Assembly: GCA_963744995.1 (NCBI GenBank)
Contig: CAVUWA010000009.1
Coordinates: 192,001 to 256,000 of the forward strand
From: Candidatus Eiseniibacteriota bacterium
GTDB lineage: Bacteria; Eisenbacteria; RBG-16-71-46
Reading direction: 5' to 3'
Length of the DNA: 64,000 nt
In this document: in pieces, positions 30,594 through 39,899 of the stretch
Layout of the letters: every line of letters begins with the position of its first letter
How positions within the stretch are numbered: position 1 is the stretch's first letter
The notes under the pieces: generated by a model
Databases searched by the model: none
Seen by the model: the letters and a program-made list of their open reading frames with translations, nothing else
What the model was told of the DNA's origin: nothing
Translations under genes and position numbers: made by a program

Positions 30594-30986
30594 ATGCCGA
30601 CGTACGAGTACGCGTGTCCGAAATGCGAGCATCGCTTCGAGGTGTTCCACAGCATCAGCGACGACAAGCCGCGTCGCTGCCCGAAGTGCAGAGCGAAGGC
30701 GAAGCGCGTGCCGGCGGGCGGCGCCGGACTCCTGTTCAAGGGCTCGGGGTTCTACATCACCGACTACCGCAGCGACAGCTACAAGCAGGGGGCGAAGAAG
30801 GACAAGAGCGGCGGGGCGGGCGGGGGCTCCGGCGGCGGCTCGGGCGGCAGCTCGGGCGGTGGCTCCGGCGGGGGCTCGGGCGGGGGCTCGGGCGGCGGCT
30901 CGGGCGGCGGCTCGGGCGGGGGCTCCGGCGGCGGCTCCCGGAGCGGCTCGGGCGGCGGCTCCGGCGGATCGAAGCCGAGGGAATGA
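30594..30986 (+). CDS. FmdB-family zinc-ribbon protein with a (GGGS)n tail
   Basis: MPTYEYACPKC...CPKC...FKGSGFYITDY. Confidence 0.9.
   Translation: MPTYEYACPKCEHRFEVFHSISDDKPRRCPKCRAKAKRVPAGGAGLLFKGSGFYITDYRSDSYKQGAKKDKSGGAGGGSGGGSGGSSGGGSGGGSGGGSGGGSGGGSGGGSGGGSRSGSGGGSGGSKPRE
30807..30971 (+). repeat. 12-bp tandem repeat encoding about 13 GGGS-like units
   Basis: GGCGGCGGCTCG/TCC repeats with synonymous variation. Confidence 0.9.
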
Positions 30987-30996
30987 CGGCCGCGCC

Positions 30997-32919
30997 GTGA
31001 GCCACGGTCTCGTTCGCGACATCCTCCGCTTCCACCTCGCCCCCGAGGCCGACCCGGGCCTCCAGCCGGCGCCGGGCGTCGAACTGCCGTTGCGCGTGGA
31101 TCACGTGCTCGCCGGCGGCCGCGCGGGGCTGCTCGCGCTGGCCGCGTTCGCGCGCATCGCCCGCGGCGCGCCGCAGGTGGACCTGGCGATGGCCTCGGCG
31201 GATCGGGGCGCGGGGCCCGCCGCCTTCGAGACCCCGGAAGAACTGCAGGCGCTGCACGCCGCGGCGCATCGTGCCGGCGCACGCTTCTCGCGCCCCGGGC
31301 ACGGTCGCGGCGACATCGTGCATCTCGAGCGCTTCGCCGTGCCGGGACGGATCCTGCTGGCGGCGGGGCGGCGCGATGCCCCCGCAGGCGCGGTGGGGAT
31401 GCTGGCGCTCAGCGCGGATCCGGTCGAGGTCGGCGCCGTCCTCGGCGGCGGCGCGTTCTACCTGGCGTGGCCCGGACTGCGCTTCCTCGATTGCCAGGGC
31501 GCACTCCTTCCCGGTGTCGACGGCTACGACGTGATGCTGGATCTCGCGGCGCGGCTCGGTCCGTGCGGCGCCGGCGGGACGTTTCTCGAAGCCACCGGTG
31601 CGGGCGTCGCCGCCCTCGGCATGGCCGGGCGCGTCGCCCTCGCGGGCGCGGCGGGTGCGCTCGGTGCGCGCGCGGTCCTGTTTCCGTCGGACGAGATCAC
31701 CCGTGCCGCCCTGCGTGCTCAGGGTCGCGAGCCGGAGTGGAAGGCGTTGCCGCCGACGGTGCTCGAGGCGGACGACGACGTAATCCCCGTGGTTCTGGAT
31801 GCGATCGTGCCGCGCTGCGCGCCGCTCGATGCGCTCGCCGACGGGCGGCCGCTCGGCGAGTCCGGGCCGTTCACGGTGGACGCCGTGGAGATCGGCCCCG
31901 GCGCCACGCTCGACGATCTCGAGCGTCTCGCCCGCGCCCTCGACGGGCGCCGTCTGCGGGCGGGCCTCCATCTGGTGGTCGTGCCCGGCAGCCGCCAGCT
32001 CATGGAGGTGGCGCGCGACCGCGGGGTGCTCGACCGGCTGGTGAACGCGGGGGGACGGGTGCTGGAGCCCGGGCTGAGCGCGAGCCACGCGGCGCCGGGC
32101 GGCGCGCGGCGCACCGGGGTGTGCGCCGGCGTGCTGCCGGATCCCGCCGATCCGCGCGACGGCTGGTGGAGCGCCGGCATCGACACGTGCGCCGCCGCGT
32201 GCGTCACCGGCACCCTGTGCGATCCGCGCGGCCTCGATCTGCCGCGCGGTCCGATCGAGCTGCCCGAGATCCGCCCTTCGACCGAGAACTGGATCCTGCG
32301 CCCGGACGCGGGCCCGGCTGACGCCAGCGTCGACGAAGGTGCGCCGCCGTTTCCGCTCGCCGCGCCGATCGAAGGACCGCTGCGCGGCAGCGTTCTGATC
32401 GTCGCGGGCGATGGCGTTGCCGCCGAACAGATCCTGCCCTGGGGGGCGCGCATCCGGCCGCTGCTCGCCGACACCGAAAGACTCGGCGGGTTCGTCTTCC
32501 ACGGCATCGACGATGCCTTCCCGGAGCGTGCGCGGCGCCACGGCGGCGGCTGGATCGTCGCCGGTGCGCGCTTCGGCCACGGCCGCTCGCGCGATCCGGT
32601 GGCGCTCGCGCCACTGGCGCTCGGCGTGCGCGGCGTGATGGCGGTGTCGTTCGCGGCCGACTATCGTCGCCAGCTCGTGAACGCGGGGATCCTGCCGCTG
32701 CGCTTCGTGGTGCCGGCCGAGCACGGCCGGATCCAGACCGGCGACGAGCTCGAGCTGCCCGGGGTCCCGGACGAGCTGTGGGAGGGCGCGCCGCTGGTGG
32801 TGCGGAATCTGACGCGCGGCACGCGCTTCACGGTGCGCCACGAGCTCAACGCGCGCCAGCTGGAAACACTCGTGGCCGGCGGCCTGCTGCGGCGGGCGGC
32901 CGCGGCGGCCCGCGCGTGA
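30997..32919 (+). CDS. Aconitase-family homolog, apparently catalytically inactive
   Basis: Scaffold motifs FSRPG.G, VHLERF..PG, PGSRQ and LVNAGILPL plus a swivel domain are present. Fe-S cysteines and catalytic motifs are substituted. Confidence 0.8.
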   Translation: MSHGLVRDILRFHLAPEADPGLQPAPGVELPLRVDHVLAGGRAGLLALAAFARIARGAPQVDLAMASADRGAGPAAFETPEELQALHAAAHRAGARFSRPGHGRGDIVHLERFAVPGRILLAAGRRDAPAGAVGMLALSADPVEVGAVLGGGAFYLAWPGLRFLDCQGALLPGVDGYDVMLDLAARLGPCGAGGTFLEATGAGVAALGMAGRVALAGAAGALGARAVLFPSDEITRAALRAQGREPEWKALPPTVLEADDDVIPVVLDAIVPRCAPLDALADGRPLGESGPFTVDAVEIGPGATLDDLERLARALDGRRLRAGLHLVVVPGSRQLMEVARDRGVLDRLVNAGGRVLEPGLSASHAAPGGARRTGVCAGVLPDPADPRDGWWSAGIDTCAAACVTGTLCDPRGLDLPRGPIELPEIRPSTENWILRPDAGPADASVDEGAPPFPLAAPIEGPLRGSVLIVAGDGVAAEQILPWGARIRPLLADTERLGGFVFHGIDDAFPERARRHGGGWIVAGARFGHGRSRDPVALAPLALGVRGVMAVSFAADYRRQLVNAGILPLRFVVPAEHGRIQTGDELELPGVPDELWEGAPLVVRNLTRGTRFTVRHELNARQLETLVAGGLLRRAAAAARA

Positions 32920-33019
32920 GGACGCGCTGCGGGATCGCCGCGCGCCGCTGCGGCGGCGACGGATATCGGATGGGGCTGGCGCGGTGCCCGCGGGCGCGGG
33001 CGGGGGAGGGAGCCTAGGC

Positions 33020-34024
33020 ATGCTGGTGGACTACGCGCGGATCCACGTCATCGGCGGGGATGGCGGCCGCGGTTGCGTGAGCTTCAGGCGCGAGAAGTAC
33101 GTGCCCAAGGGCGGACCCGACGGCGGCAACGGCGGCCGCGGCGGCAGCGTGACGCTGACGGTGGACCCGCACCTTCGCACGTTGCTAGACTGCCGCGAAG
33201 CGTCCGCGTTCCGCGCGGACGCCGGGCGACCGGGCTCGGGCAACAACCGCACCGGCCGCAACGGCGGCGACCGGGTCGTGCGCGTCCCGGCGGGCACGGT
33301 GGTCCGCGACGCCGAAACGGGCGAGACGCTCTGCGATCTGACCGCGGCCGGCGAGACCTACGTCGTCGCGCGCGGCGGTCGGGGCGGGCGCGGCAACGCG
33401 GAATTCGCCACGCCGACGCATCAGGCGCCGCGGCGCGCGGACCCGGGCGAGCCCGGCGAAATACGCTGGCTGGAACTCGAGCTGAAGCTGATCGCCGACG
33501 TCGGGCTCGTCGGGCTTCCCAATGCGGGCAAGTCGACCTTCCTGTCGCGGATCTCGCGGGCGCGCCCGAAAGTCGGCGATTATCCGTTCACGACGCTCGA
33601 GCCGAATCTCGGCATCGTACAGCTCGACGAGGAGCGGCAGATGGTGGTCGCGGATCTGCCGGGCCTGATCGAAGGGGCGCATGCCGGACGCGGCCTGGGT
33701 CTCGAGTTTCTGCGGCACGTGGAACGCACCCGCGTGCTGGCGTTCCTGATCGACGCGACCGCGACGGCGCCCGCCGCGGAGCGGGAAATGCTGGAGGAAG
33801 AGCTCACCAGGCACGGTCGCGGCCTCGAAAAGAAGCCCCGGCTCACGGTGCTCACGAAATCGGATCTGTTGCCGCCCGCCGAACGTGCGGGTGCCGCCGC
33901 GGCCGCCGGTCTGCCGGACGCGGTCGTGATCAGTTCCCACAGCGGCGACGGCGTGAAACCGCTGCTCGAAGCGTTGTGGCGAACGGCGCAAACCACCATG
34001 GAAAGCGAAGACGATGAGCGATGA
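33020..34024 (+). CDS. obgE: GTPase Obg
   Basis: SFRREKYVPKGGPDGG, GLPNAGKST, YPFTTLEP, DLPGLIEGAH and TKSD. Confidence 0.97.
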   Translation: MLVDYARIHVIGGDGGRGCVSFRREKYVPKGGPDGGNGGRGGSVTLTVDPHLRTLLDCREASAFRADAGRPGSGNNRTGRNGGDRVVRVPAGTVVRDAETGETLCDLTAAGETYVVARGGRGGRGNAEFATPTHQAPRRADPGEPGEIRWLELELKLIADVGLVGLPNAGKSTFLSRISRARPKVGDYPFTTLEPNLGIVQLDEERQMVVADLPGLIEGAHAGRGLGLEFLRHVERTRVLAFLIDATATAPAAEREMLEEELTRHGRGLEKKPRLTVLTKSDLLPPAERAGAAAAAGLPDAVVISSHSGDGVKPLLEALWRTAQTTMESEDDER

Positions 34025-34685
34025 CGGGTTCGGACAGCCCAAGCCCTTCGATGCCTTGAACACACGGGGCCTGATGGCGAAGCGTGAATATGTGATGGGC
34101 CTCGAGCAGCGGGCCGACCCGGAGGCGCTGTCACTGCTGGTCGAGTGCCTGTGCGACGAGTCGTGGTATCTGCGTGAGCTCGCCGAGGGCGCATTCATGC
34201 GGCTCGGCACCGAGCACGTCGCGGTCCTGCTGCCCCTGCTCGAGGACGGTCTCTGGTACACGCGCACCAGCGTGGCGCGGATCGTCGGGCGGCTGGGCGA
34301 GCGGCGTGCGGTGCCCGCGCTGCTCCGGCTCTGCAGCGACCCCAACGAGACGGTGGTCGAAGAGGCGCAGGAGGCGCTGGTCGCCATCGGGCGTTCGAAG
34401 GGCGCCTTCCGCCTCGCGCACGCGCTGCACGGTCTGCCGCCCGACGCACGCCGCGCGCGGCTCACCGAGCTCGGCCGGCGCGATCGGGCGCTGGCCGACC
34501 GGCTGCAACGGATGATGGACAACGACGAGCTGATGTCCGCGGACGATCCCGAGCAGATGGCGGACGATCACCCGCTGGTGCGCACCAGCGAAGAAGGCGT
34601 GGAGTGGGAGGTGCTGACCGGTCCTTCGTCCCCGAAGGAGCAGGGGAGTGAACGAAGCGAGCCGGACGGCCCGCGGACGCGCTGA
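34014..34685 (+). CDS. HEAT-repeat protein
   Basis: Repeated L.D..WY.R..A helical pairs and AVPALL.L..DPNETV. Confidence 0.8.
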   Translation: MSDDGFGQPKPFDALNTRGLMAKREYVMGLEQRADPEALSLLVECLCDESWYLRELAEGAFMRLGTEHVAVLLPLLEDGLWYTRTSVARIVGRLGERRAVPALLRLCSDPNETVVEEAQEALVAIGRSKGAFRLAHALHGLPPDARRARLTELGRRDRALADRLQRMMDNDELMSADDPEQMADDHPLVRTSEEGVEWEVLTGPSSPKEQGSERSEPDGPRTR

Positions 34686-35532
34686 GGCCGCTGATGCCGT
34701 CCTGCGGGCATGGCCGCGCGGCGACGCGCACTACCCGGGCGCGTTCGGGGATCTCCACGATCCGCCCGCAGTCCTGTGGGGGCGCGGCCGCTGGCCGCTC
34801 GCGGGGCCCGCGGTCGCGATCGTCGGATCGCGCGCCGCGACGACCTACGGCCGCGGTATCGCCAGGCGCCTCGCGGCCGACCTCGCCGCGCAGGGCGTGG
34901 TCGTGGTGAGCGGGCTCGCGCGCGGCGTGGACGCCGCCGCACACGAGGGTGCCCTGGACGCGGGCGGCCGGACGATCGCGGTGCTGCCGGGCGGGGTGGA
35001 CCGGATCGTGCCCGCTTCGCATCACGCGCTCGCGACGCGGATCATGGAGCGCGGCGCCTGCGTGTCGGAGCAGCCGCCCGGGGCGGCCCCGTTCCGCGGC
35101 CGCTTCATCGAGCGCAACCGGCTGATCGCCGCGCTCGCCGGGGCGACGGTCGTCGTCGAAGCCGCGCGGGTGAGCGGTGCGCTCAGCACCGCGCGCGCTG
35201 CGCGGCGCCTCGGCCGCGCCCTGTTCGCGGTGCCGGGCGACGTGGATCGCGAGACCAGCCGCGGCTGCCATGCCCTGCTCAGGGACGGAGCGCGTCTGTG
35301 CGAAGGCGCGGCCGACGTGCTCGCCGCGCTCGAGCGGGCGCCGGGCGCGCGAGCGGACAGCGGCGCTCTCGAGCGGGTCGCCGCGGCGCTCTCGACGACC
35401 CCGCGTTCGGTGGAGCACCTGGCGCGCGTGGCGGGCGTGGCGCCCCATGAAGCGGCGCGCCTGCTGCTGAGGCTCGGCTGGAGCGGCGTGGCCGTGGCGC
35501 ATCCCGGGCAGCGCTGGATGCGGGCGACGTGA
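34648..35532 (+). CDS. dprA: DNA-processing protein A (short, no N-terminal SAM domain)
   Basis: YP..DPPAVL, VAIVGSR, VSGLARGVD..AH, RNRLIAAL, SGALSTA and a C-terminal winged-helix-like segment. Confidence 0.92.
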   Translation: MNEASRTARGRAEAADAVLRAWPRGDAHYPGAFGDLHDPPAVLWGRGRWPLAGPAVAIVGSRAATTYGRGIARRLAADLAAQGVVVVSGLARGVDAAAHEGALDAGGRTIAVLPGGVDRIVPASHHALATRIMERGACVSEQPPGAAPFRGRFIERNRLIAALAGATVVVEAARVSGALSTARAARRLGRALFAVPGDVDRETSRGCHALLRDGARLCEGAADVLAALERAPGARADSGALERVAAALSTTPRSVEHLARVAGVAPHEAARLLLRLGWSGVAVAHPGQRWMRAT

Positions 35533-35584
35533 GCTCGCCCGGCGCCTCAGTCCCCGGCGCGGCCGCCCCCGCGGGGCGCGGCCG

Positions 35585-36472
35585 GTGAGCGCCGCGCATC
35601 GCGCCGAGGCGCTGCTCGTGCGCGCCAGCATCGCGTGGGCGCGCAGCCGGCCGTGGCCCGGATGCCACGCGATCGGCGAAGCGATCGGCGATCTCGCGCA
35701 CGCCCTGCGCCTCAGACGCCGCGTTGCGGCCGCTCAGATCGCCGCAGCATTTCCGGAGCTCGGGGAGGAAGCGCGCGCCGCGATCCTCGCGGCTCACTAC
35801 CGCGAGCTCGGCCGGGTGTGGACGGAGTACGCCTGGATGCCCGAGCTGCTGCGCGAGCCGGGCGAACGGGTGGTGCGCCGGGTGCGCGGGATCGGGCATC
35901 TGGAAGCGCTGCGCGGCCGCGGCGCGATCCTGCTCACCGGACACTTCGGACCGTTCGAGCTGCTGGGAGCCTGGCTCGGACGCCTGAACCCGGTGGACTT
36001 CGTGGTGAAGCCCTTGAGCAACCCGTACGTCGAAGCGATGCTGCGCGCGAACCGCGAGGGGGCGGGGGTCGGCACGATCCCGCTCGGCATGTCGCTGCGC
36101 GGTACGCTGCGCGCATTGCGCGCGGGGCGCTGGGTGGCCATGCTCGCCGACCAGGACGCGCGGCGCCATGGCGTGTTCGTTCCGTTCATGGGTCGGCCGG
36201 CGAGCACGCCGGTGGGACCGGCGCGCCTCTCGATTGCGGCGGACGTGCCGATCGTGATGGGCTTCGCCGAACGACGCACCGACGGCCGGCTCGAGCTGGA
36301 GATCCTGGCGCCGCTGCGCGCCCGCGACCCGCATGCGGAGGATGCCGCGCTCGAACTCACCGCGCGCCACACCGCCTGCCTCGAGGCGCGCGTGCGGCGC
36401 CGTCCGGAGCAATGGTTCTGGCTGCACCGGCGCTGGAAGACCGCGCCGCCACCCGGGGAGGGTTCCGCCTGA
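35585..36472 (+). CDS. Lipid A acyltransferase (LpxL/HtrB family)
   Basis: H(FGPF)E acyltransferase motif, LADQD, VPFMG and PEQWFWLHRRWKT. Confidence 0.92.
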   Translation: MSAAHRAEALLVRASIAWARSRPWPGCHAIGEAIGDLAHALRLRRRVAAAQIAAAFPELGEEARAAILAAHYRELGRVWTEYAWMPELLREPGERVVRRVRGIGHLEALRGRGAILLTGHFGPFELLGAWLGRLNPVDFVVKPLSNPYVEAMLRANREGAGVGTIPLGMSLRGTLRALRAGRWVAMLADQDARRHGVFVPFMGRPASTPVGPARLSIAADVPIVMGFAERRTDGRLELEILAPLRARDPHAEDAALELTARHTACLEARVRRRPEQWFWLHRRWKTAPPPGEGSA

Positions 36473-36894
36473 TGCACCGTTTCGAGCTGCGCGTGCGCTA
36501 CGCCGACACCGACCAGATGGGCTTCGCCTACTACGGTCACTACCTGCGCTGGTTCGAGATCGGGCGCGCCGAGATGCTGCGGTCGCTGGGCAGGAGCTAC
36601 GCCCGCGTCGAAACGGAGGACGGCGTCTCGCTGCCGGTGCTCGCCGCGCACTGCCGCTACCTGAAGCCCGCGCGCTACGACGCGCGCGTGCGGATCGAGA
36701 CGGGGGTCCTTGCGCTGGGCCGCGCCTCGGTGCGTTTCGCCTATCGGATCGTGAACGCAGAGGACGAAACCCTGCACGCGCATGGCTGGACCGAGCACTG
36801 CTTCATGGGGGCGGGCGATCGGCCCGTGCGGCCGCCCGGCCCGCTGCGCGAAATGCTCGAGCGTGCGCCGCGGGCCACCGCGGCGGAGGCATGA
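36472..36894 (+). CDS. Acyl-CoA thioesterase (YbgC/FadM family)
   Basis: RVRYADTDQMG..YYGHYLRWFE.GR and PARYD. Confidence 0.92.
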   Translation: MHRFELRVRYADTDQMGFAYYGHYLRWFEIGRAEMLRSLGRSYARVETEDGVSLPVLAAHCRYLKPARYDARVRIETGVLALGRASVRFAYRIVNAEDETLHAHGWTEHCFMGAGDRPVRPPGPLREMLERAPRATAAEA

Positions 36895-36931
36895 GGCCGC
36901 CCCGGCCGGCTGGCGGGACCTTCGGACGGAT

Positions 36932-37261
36932 CTAGGACGATGAGGCCGGCGGCGGCGACGGCGACGACGACTTGAAGCCGAGCTCGCGGCCGCGCTCGTC
37001 GCCCGGGACCTTGATCGGGCCGTACTGCCCCTCGTACGTCTTGAGATTGGTCTCGAGCGCCTGCAGCAGCGACTTCGCGTGCTGCGGCGTGAGGATCACG
37101 CGCGCGTAGACCTTGGCCTTGGGCAGGCCCGGCAGCGCGCGGGCGAAGTCGAGGATCACTTCCGAGGCCGAGTGCGCGATCAGCACGAGGTTGGAGTAGA
37201 GGCCCTCGGCTTCCCGCTCGCCGAGTTCGACCTGCAACGGCTGGTTCTGCGGCTTGTCCAC
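36932..37261 (-). CDS. DUF3467-family protein
   Basis: GTG start with CAGGAG RBS. AEGLYSNLVLIAHS.SE.ILDF and ARVILTPQHAK. Confidence 0.85.
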   Translation of the reverse strand: MDKPQNQPLQVELGEREAEGLYSNLVLIAHSASEVILDFARALPGLPKAKVYARVILTPQHAKSLLQALETNLKTYEGQYGPIKVPGDERGRELGFKSSSPSPPPASSS

Positions 37262-37476
37262 GCGAGACTCCTGTTCACCCAGTGAGTGGGGCATTGGGCC
37301 ACGCGATGGGCCCGGACGGTGCGGCACGGAGGCCGAACGTTAGAGGCCCCGCGCCGCGAGCGTCAAGCCAGGGCGCGACTTAGCCCGTTCGCCTTCGAGC
37401 GGCGCCGGAGTTGGGAAGATGGCACGTCCGTTGCGCTCCAGCCCTGTGTCCCGGCCAGCGGTGGGGACCACTACCC

Positions 37477-39351
37477 ATGCCAGAGCCCACACGATTCACC
37501 TCGCCCGGCAGCCCCGATATCCGCCTGTCCGAAAGCGCCTCCCGTCTGGATGCGGCGCTGCTCAGGGCCGGAGATCCCGGTGCGGACGCCGAACCCATCG
37601 AGCGCGCGCTGCTCGACTACGCGACCCACCCGGGCGGCGCCGGGGCGAGCGAAGCGTGGCTGCTGGCGTGGAATGCGAGCGCGAGCCGCTTCGGCGGCTG
37701 GAGCTGGGCCGGTGCGGGCGGGACGCGACCGCTCGCCGAGGCGCTCGATCTCGCGCGTCCGGCGCGTCCGGATCCCGAACGTCAGGAACGGGTCGCGCGG
37801 CTCAGGCGCCGCACGTTCGAGCTGCAGGCCCTGGGGACGGTTCCCGGTCGCGCGTGGTCGAGCGGGCATGCCGCCACCGGGCCCGCCGACGCCGACGCGG
37901 GTCTCTGGCCCGCGCAGGCGCTGCTCTACGTGGTGCCGGTGCGGCGCGGCAACGCGGCGCATGGTCTGCTGATCGCGGTGGGTTCCGAAACCGAGGTGGA
38001 CGGCCGGCGCCTGGCGCTCCTCGAGCACGCGGCGGCGTCGGCATCGGCGGCGCTGGCGGTGCAGGCGCGCGCGCAGTCGGAGCGGCTCCGCGCGATGCGC
38101 GCGGGCGCGCTCGCGGAGATGGCGCGCGCGAGCGTGTCGGCGATGAACGTCGCCGAGGCTCAGCATCTGGCGACGCGGCTGGCGGCGCGCGTCACCGGGG
38201 CCCGCGGCAGCGCGGCGTGGCGCGTGCACGGCGACACGCTCAGGCTCGAAGTCACCCACGGCCCGGCCGGGCAGCGTGAGCGCATCGCGCGGGAGCTGAT
38301 GGGCGAGGCGCGCGAAGCGACGCTGGCGATGACCCCGCGGGTGCTCGATCCCGGCGCGGAAGGCGCCGCGGAGCGCACGGTGACGAGCGCCGGGATCGTG
38401 CCGCTCGTCGCCTACGGGCACCCGCGGGGCGCGCTCGGCGTGTGGGAGAAGACCTCGCTCCATCCCGCCGAGCCGGACGGATTCGACGCCGCCGACATGG
38501 AGTTCCTGCATACGCTCGGCGACCTGCTGGCGATGTCACTGGACCATGCCGCACGTTTCGACGCCCTGCGCGCCGCCGAGCGCGAGCGCGAGGAGTTGCG
38601 CGCGCGGGTGCGTCGCGAGGAGCGCCTGGCCGCGGCGGGCGAGTTCGCTTCGCGGGCGGCGCGTGAGGTCCGCAACCCGATCGCCGCGGTCGCTGCGTTC
38701 GCCCGTCGGGCCCGGCGCGAAATGAAGCCCGATGATCCGCTGCGCGAATACCTCGAGATCGTGCTTCGCGAGATCGACCGCATCGACCGCATCACGCGCG
38801 AGCAGCTCGCGCTCGCCGAAATGCAACCGCCGCGGCTCTCCCTCGAAAACGTGAACGTGGTGGTGGGGCGGGCCCTGCAGCGTGCCGGCGAACCGCTGGT
38901 GCGGCGCCGCATCCGGCTGCTCAAGAAGCTGGCGGCCGATCTGCCCGCGCTGCTCCTCGACCCCGAGCGCATGGAGCGGGTGATCGGCAACATCGTCGGC
39001 CAGGCGGTGGACGCGGTGCCGCTCGGCGGACGGGTGCGGGTCGAGACCCGCCGCGCCGGCGGCTTCGTGGTGATCGAGGTCGCTCACGACGGCGCGCACG
39101 ATCCCGGCGCGATGATGGAACAGCTGTTTGCGCCGTTCGCTCCGGCCCCGGACGGCGCCGGTGTCGGACTCGGGGTCGCGCGCCAGGTGATCCACGAACA
39201 CGGCGGCGAGATCCGCGTGCGCGCGGACGTCGAGTGGAGCACGGTGCTGACGCTCACGCTGCCGGTGCTGGAGAACGACGACCGCCGCCGGCCGGGCGCG
39301 GACCGCCGCCGGCCGCGACGCGACCGTCGCCGGGGCTCCGGCCAGACCTGA
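37477..39351 (+). CDS. GAF-containing histidine-kinase homolog with degenerate H, N and G1 boxes
   Basis: GAF-like segments, a HisKA-like helix AREVRNPI, and HATPase-like LFAPF..GVGLGVARQVIHEHGGEI. Confidence 0.8.
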   Translation: MPEPTRFTSPGSPDIRLSESASRLDAALLRAGDPGADAEPIERALLDYATHPGGAGASEAWLLAWNASASRFGGWSWAGAGGTRPLAEALDLARPARPDPERQERVARLRRRTFELQALGTVPGRAWSSGHAATGPADADAGLWPAQALLYVVPVRRGNAAHGLLIAVGSETEVDGRRLALLEHAAASASAALAVQARAQSERLRAMRAGALAEMARASVSAMNVAEAQHLATRLAARVTGARGSAAWRVHGDTLRLEVTHGPAGQRERIARELMGEAREATLAMTPRVLDPGAEGAAERTVTSAGIVPLVAYGHPRGALGVWEKTSLHPAEPDGFDAADMEFLHTLGDLLAMSLDHAARFDALRAAEREREELRARVRREERLAAAGEFASRAAREVRNPIAAVAAFARRARREMKPDDPLREYLEIVLREIDRIDRITREQLALAEMQPPRLSLENVNVVVGRALQRAGEPLVRRRIRLLKKLAADLPALLLDPERMERVIGNIVGQAVDAVPLGGRVRVETRRAGGFVVIEVAHDGAHDPGAMMEQLFAPFAPAPDGAGVGLGVARQVIHEHGGEIRVRADVEWSTVLTLTLPVLENDDRRRPGADRRRPRRDRRRGSGQT

Positions 39352-39505
39352 ACCGGAGGGCGGGCCGGTTCGGATCGCGGCGGCCCGCGGCGCCCGGACG
39401 AGTTTCCGGGGCAGCGGTGCCCGGACGGTGTCCGGCCCGGGTGGCGGCGTCCCGAAAGCGGCTCCAGTCGTGCGTTTTCGCGCCCTCGCCACGCCCCCCG
39501 TCGGT

Positions 39506-39535
39506 TTGACGAGCGGGCGGAGGGTGCGGTAGAAA
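39506..39535 (+). promoter_or_regulatory. Sigma70-type promoter of the tRNA pair
   Basis: TTGACG-N18-TAGAAA about 20 nt before tRNA-Phe. Confidence 0.55.
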
Positions 39536-39555
39536 ACGGGCCCGTCGGTATCGGT

Positions 39556-39631
39556 GCGACCCTAGCTCAGTTGGTAGAGCACGTGACTGAAAATCACGGT
39601 GTCCCCAGTTCGATTCTGGGGGGTCGCACCA
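39556..39631 (+). tRNA. tRNA-Phe(GAA)
   Basis: 76-nt cloverleaf, anticodon arm CGTGA-CTGAAAA-TCACG, TTCGA T-loop, CCA end. Confidence 0.97.
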
Positions 39632-39688
39632 TTTTGTCATGGATCTGGAAGCCGCACGCCCGCCGCGAGGCGGGGCTGCGGTCGCGGG

Positions 39689-39764
39689 GCTGGTGTAGCT
39701 CAGCTGGTAGAGCACTTCACTCGTAATGAAGGGGTCGGCGGTTCGATTCCGCCCACCAGCTCCA
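39689..39764 (+). tRNA. tRNA-Thr(CGT)
   Basis: 76-nt cloverleaf, anticodon arm CTTCA-CTCGTAA-TGAAG, CCA end. Confidence 0.97.
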
Positions 39765-39899
39765 GTCATCCGGCTCCGACGGGAGCCGGCGGGCCGATGC
39801 CGGGCGCACGAGGCGCAGGCACCGGCCCGTTTCGCATGGCAGACCCCCGCGGACGGGGCGCCGTGCCGCGGCACGCGGACGTCCGCGAGGTCGGCCACG

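Noticed and set aside
30807..30971. Tandem repeat as a possible CRISPR array or synthetic linker
   Set aside because: It has no spacers and no cas genes nearby. It is in frame within a native FmdB gene and has no vector or tag context.
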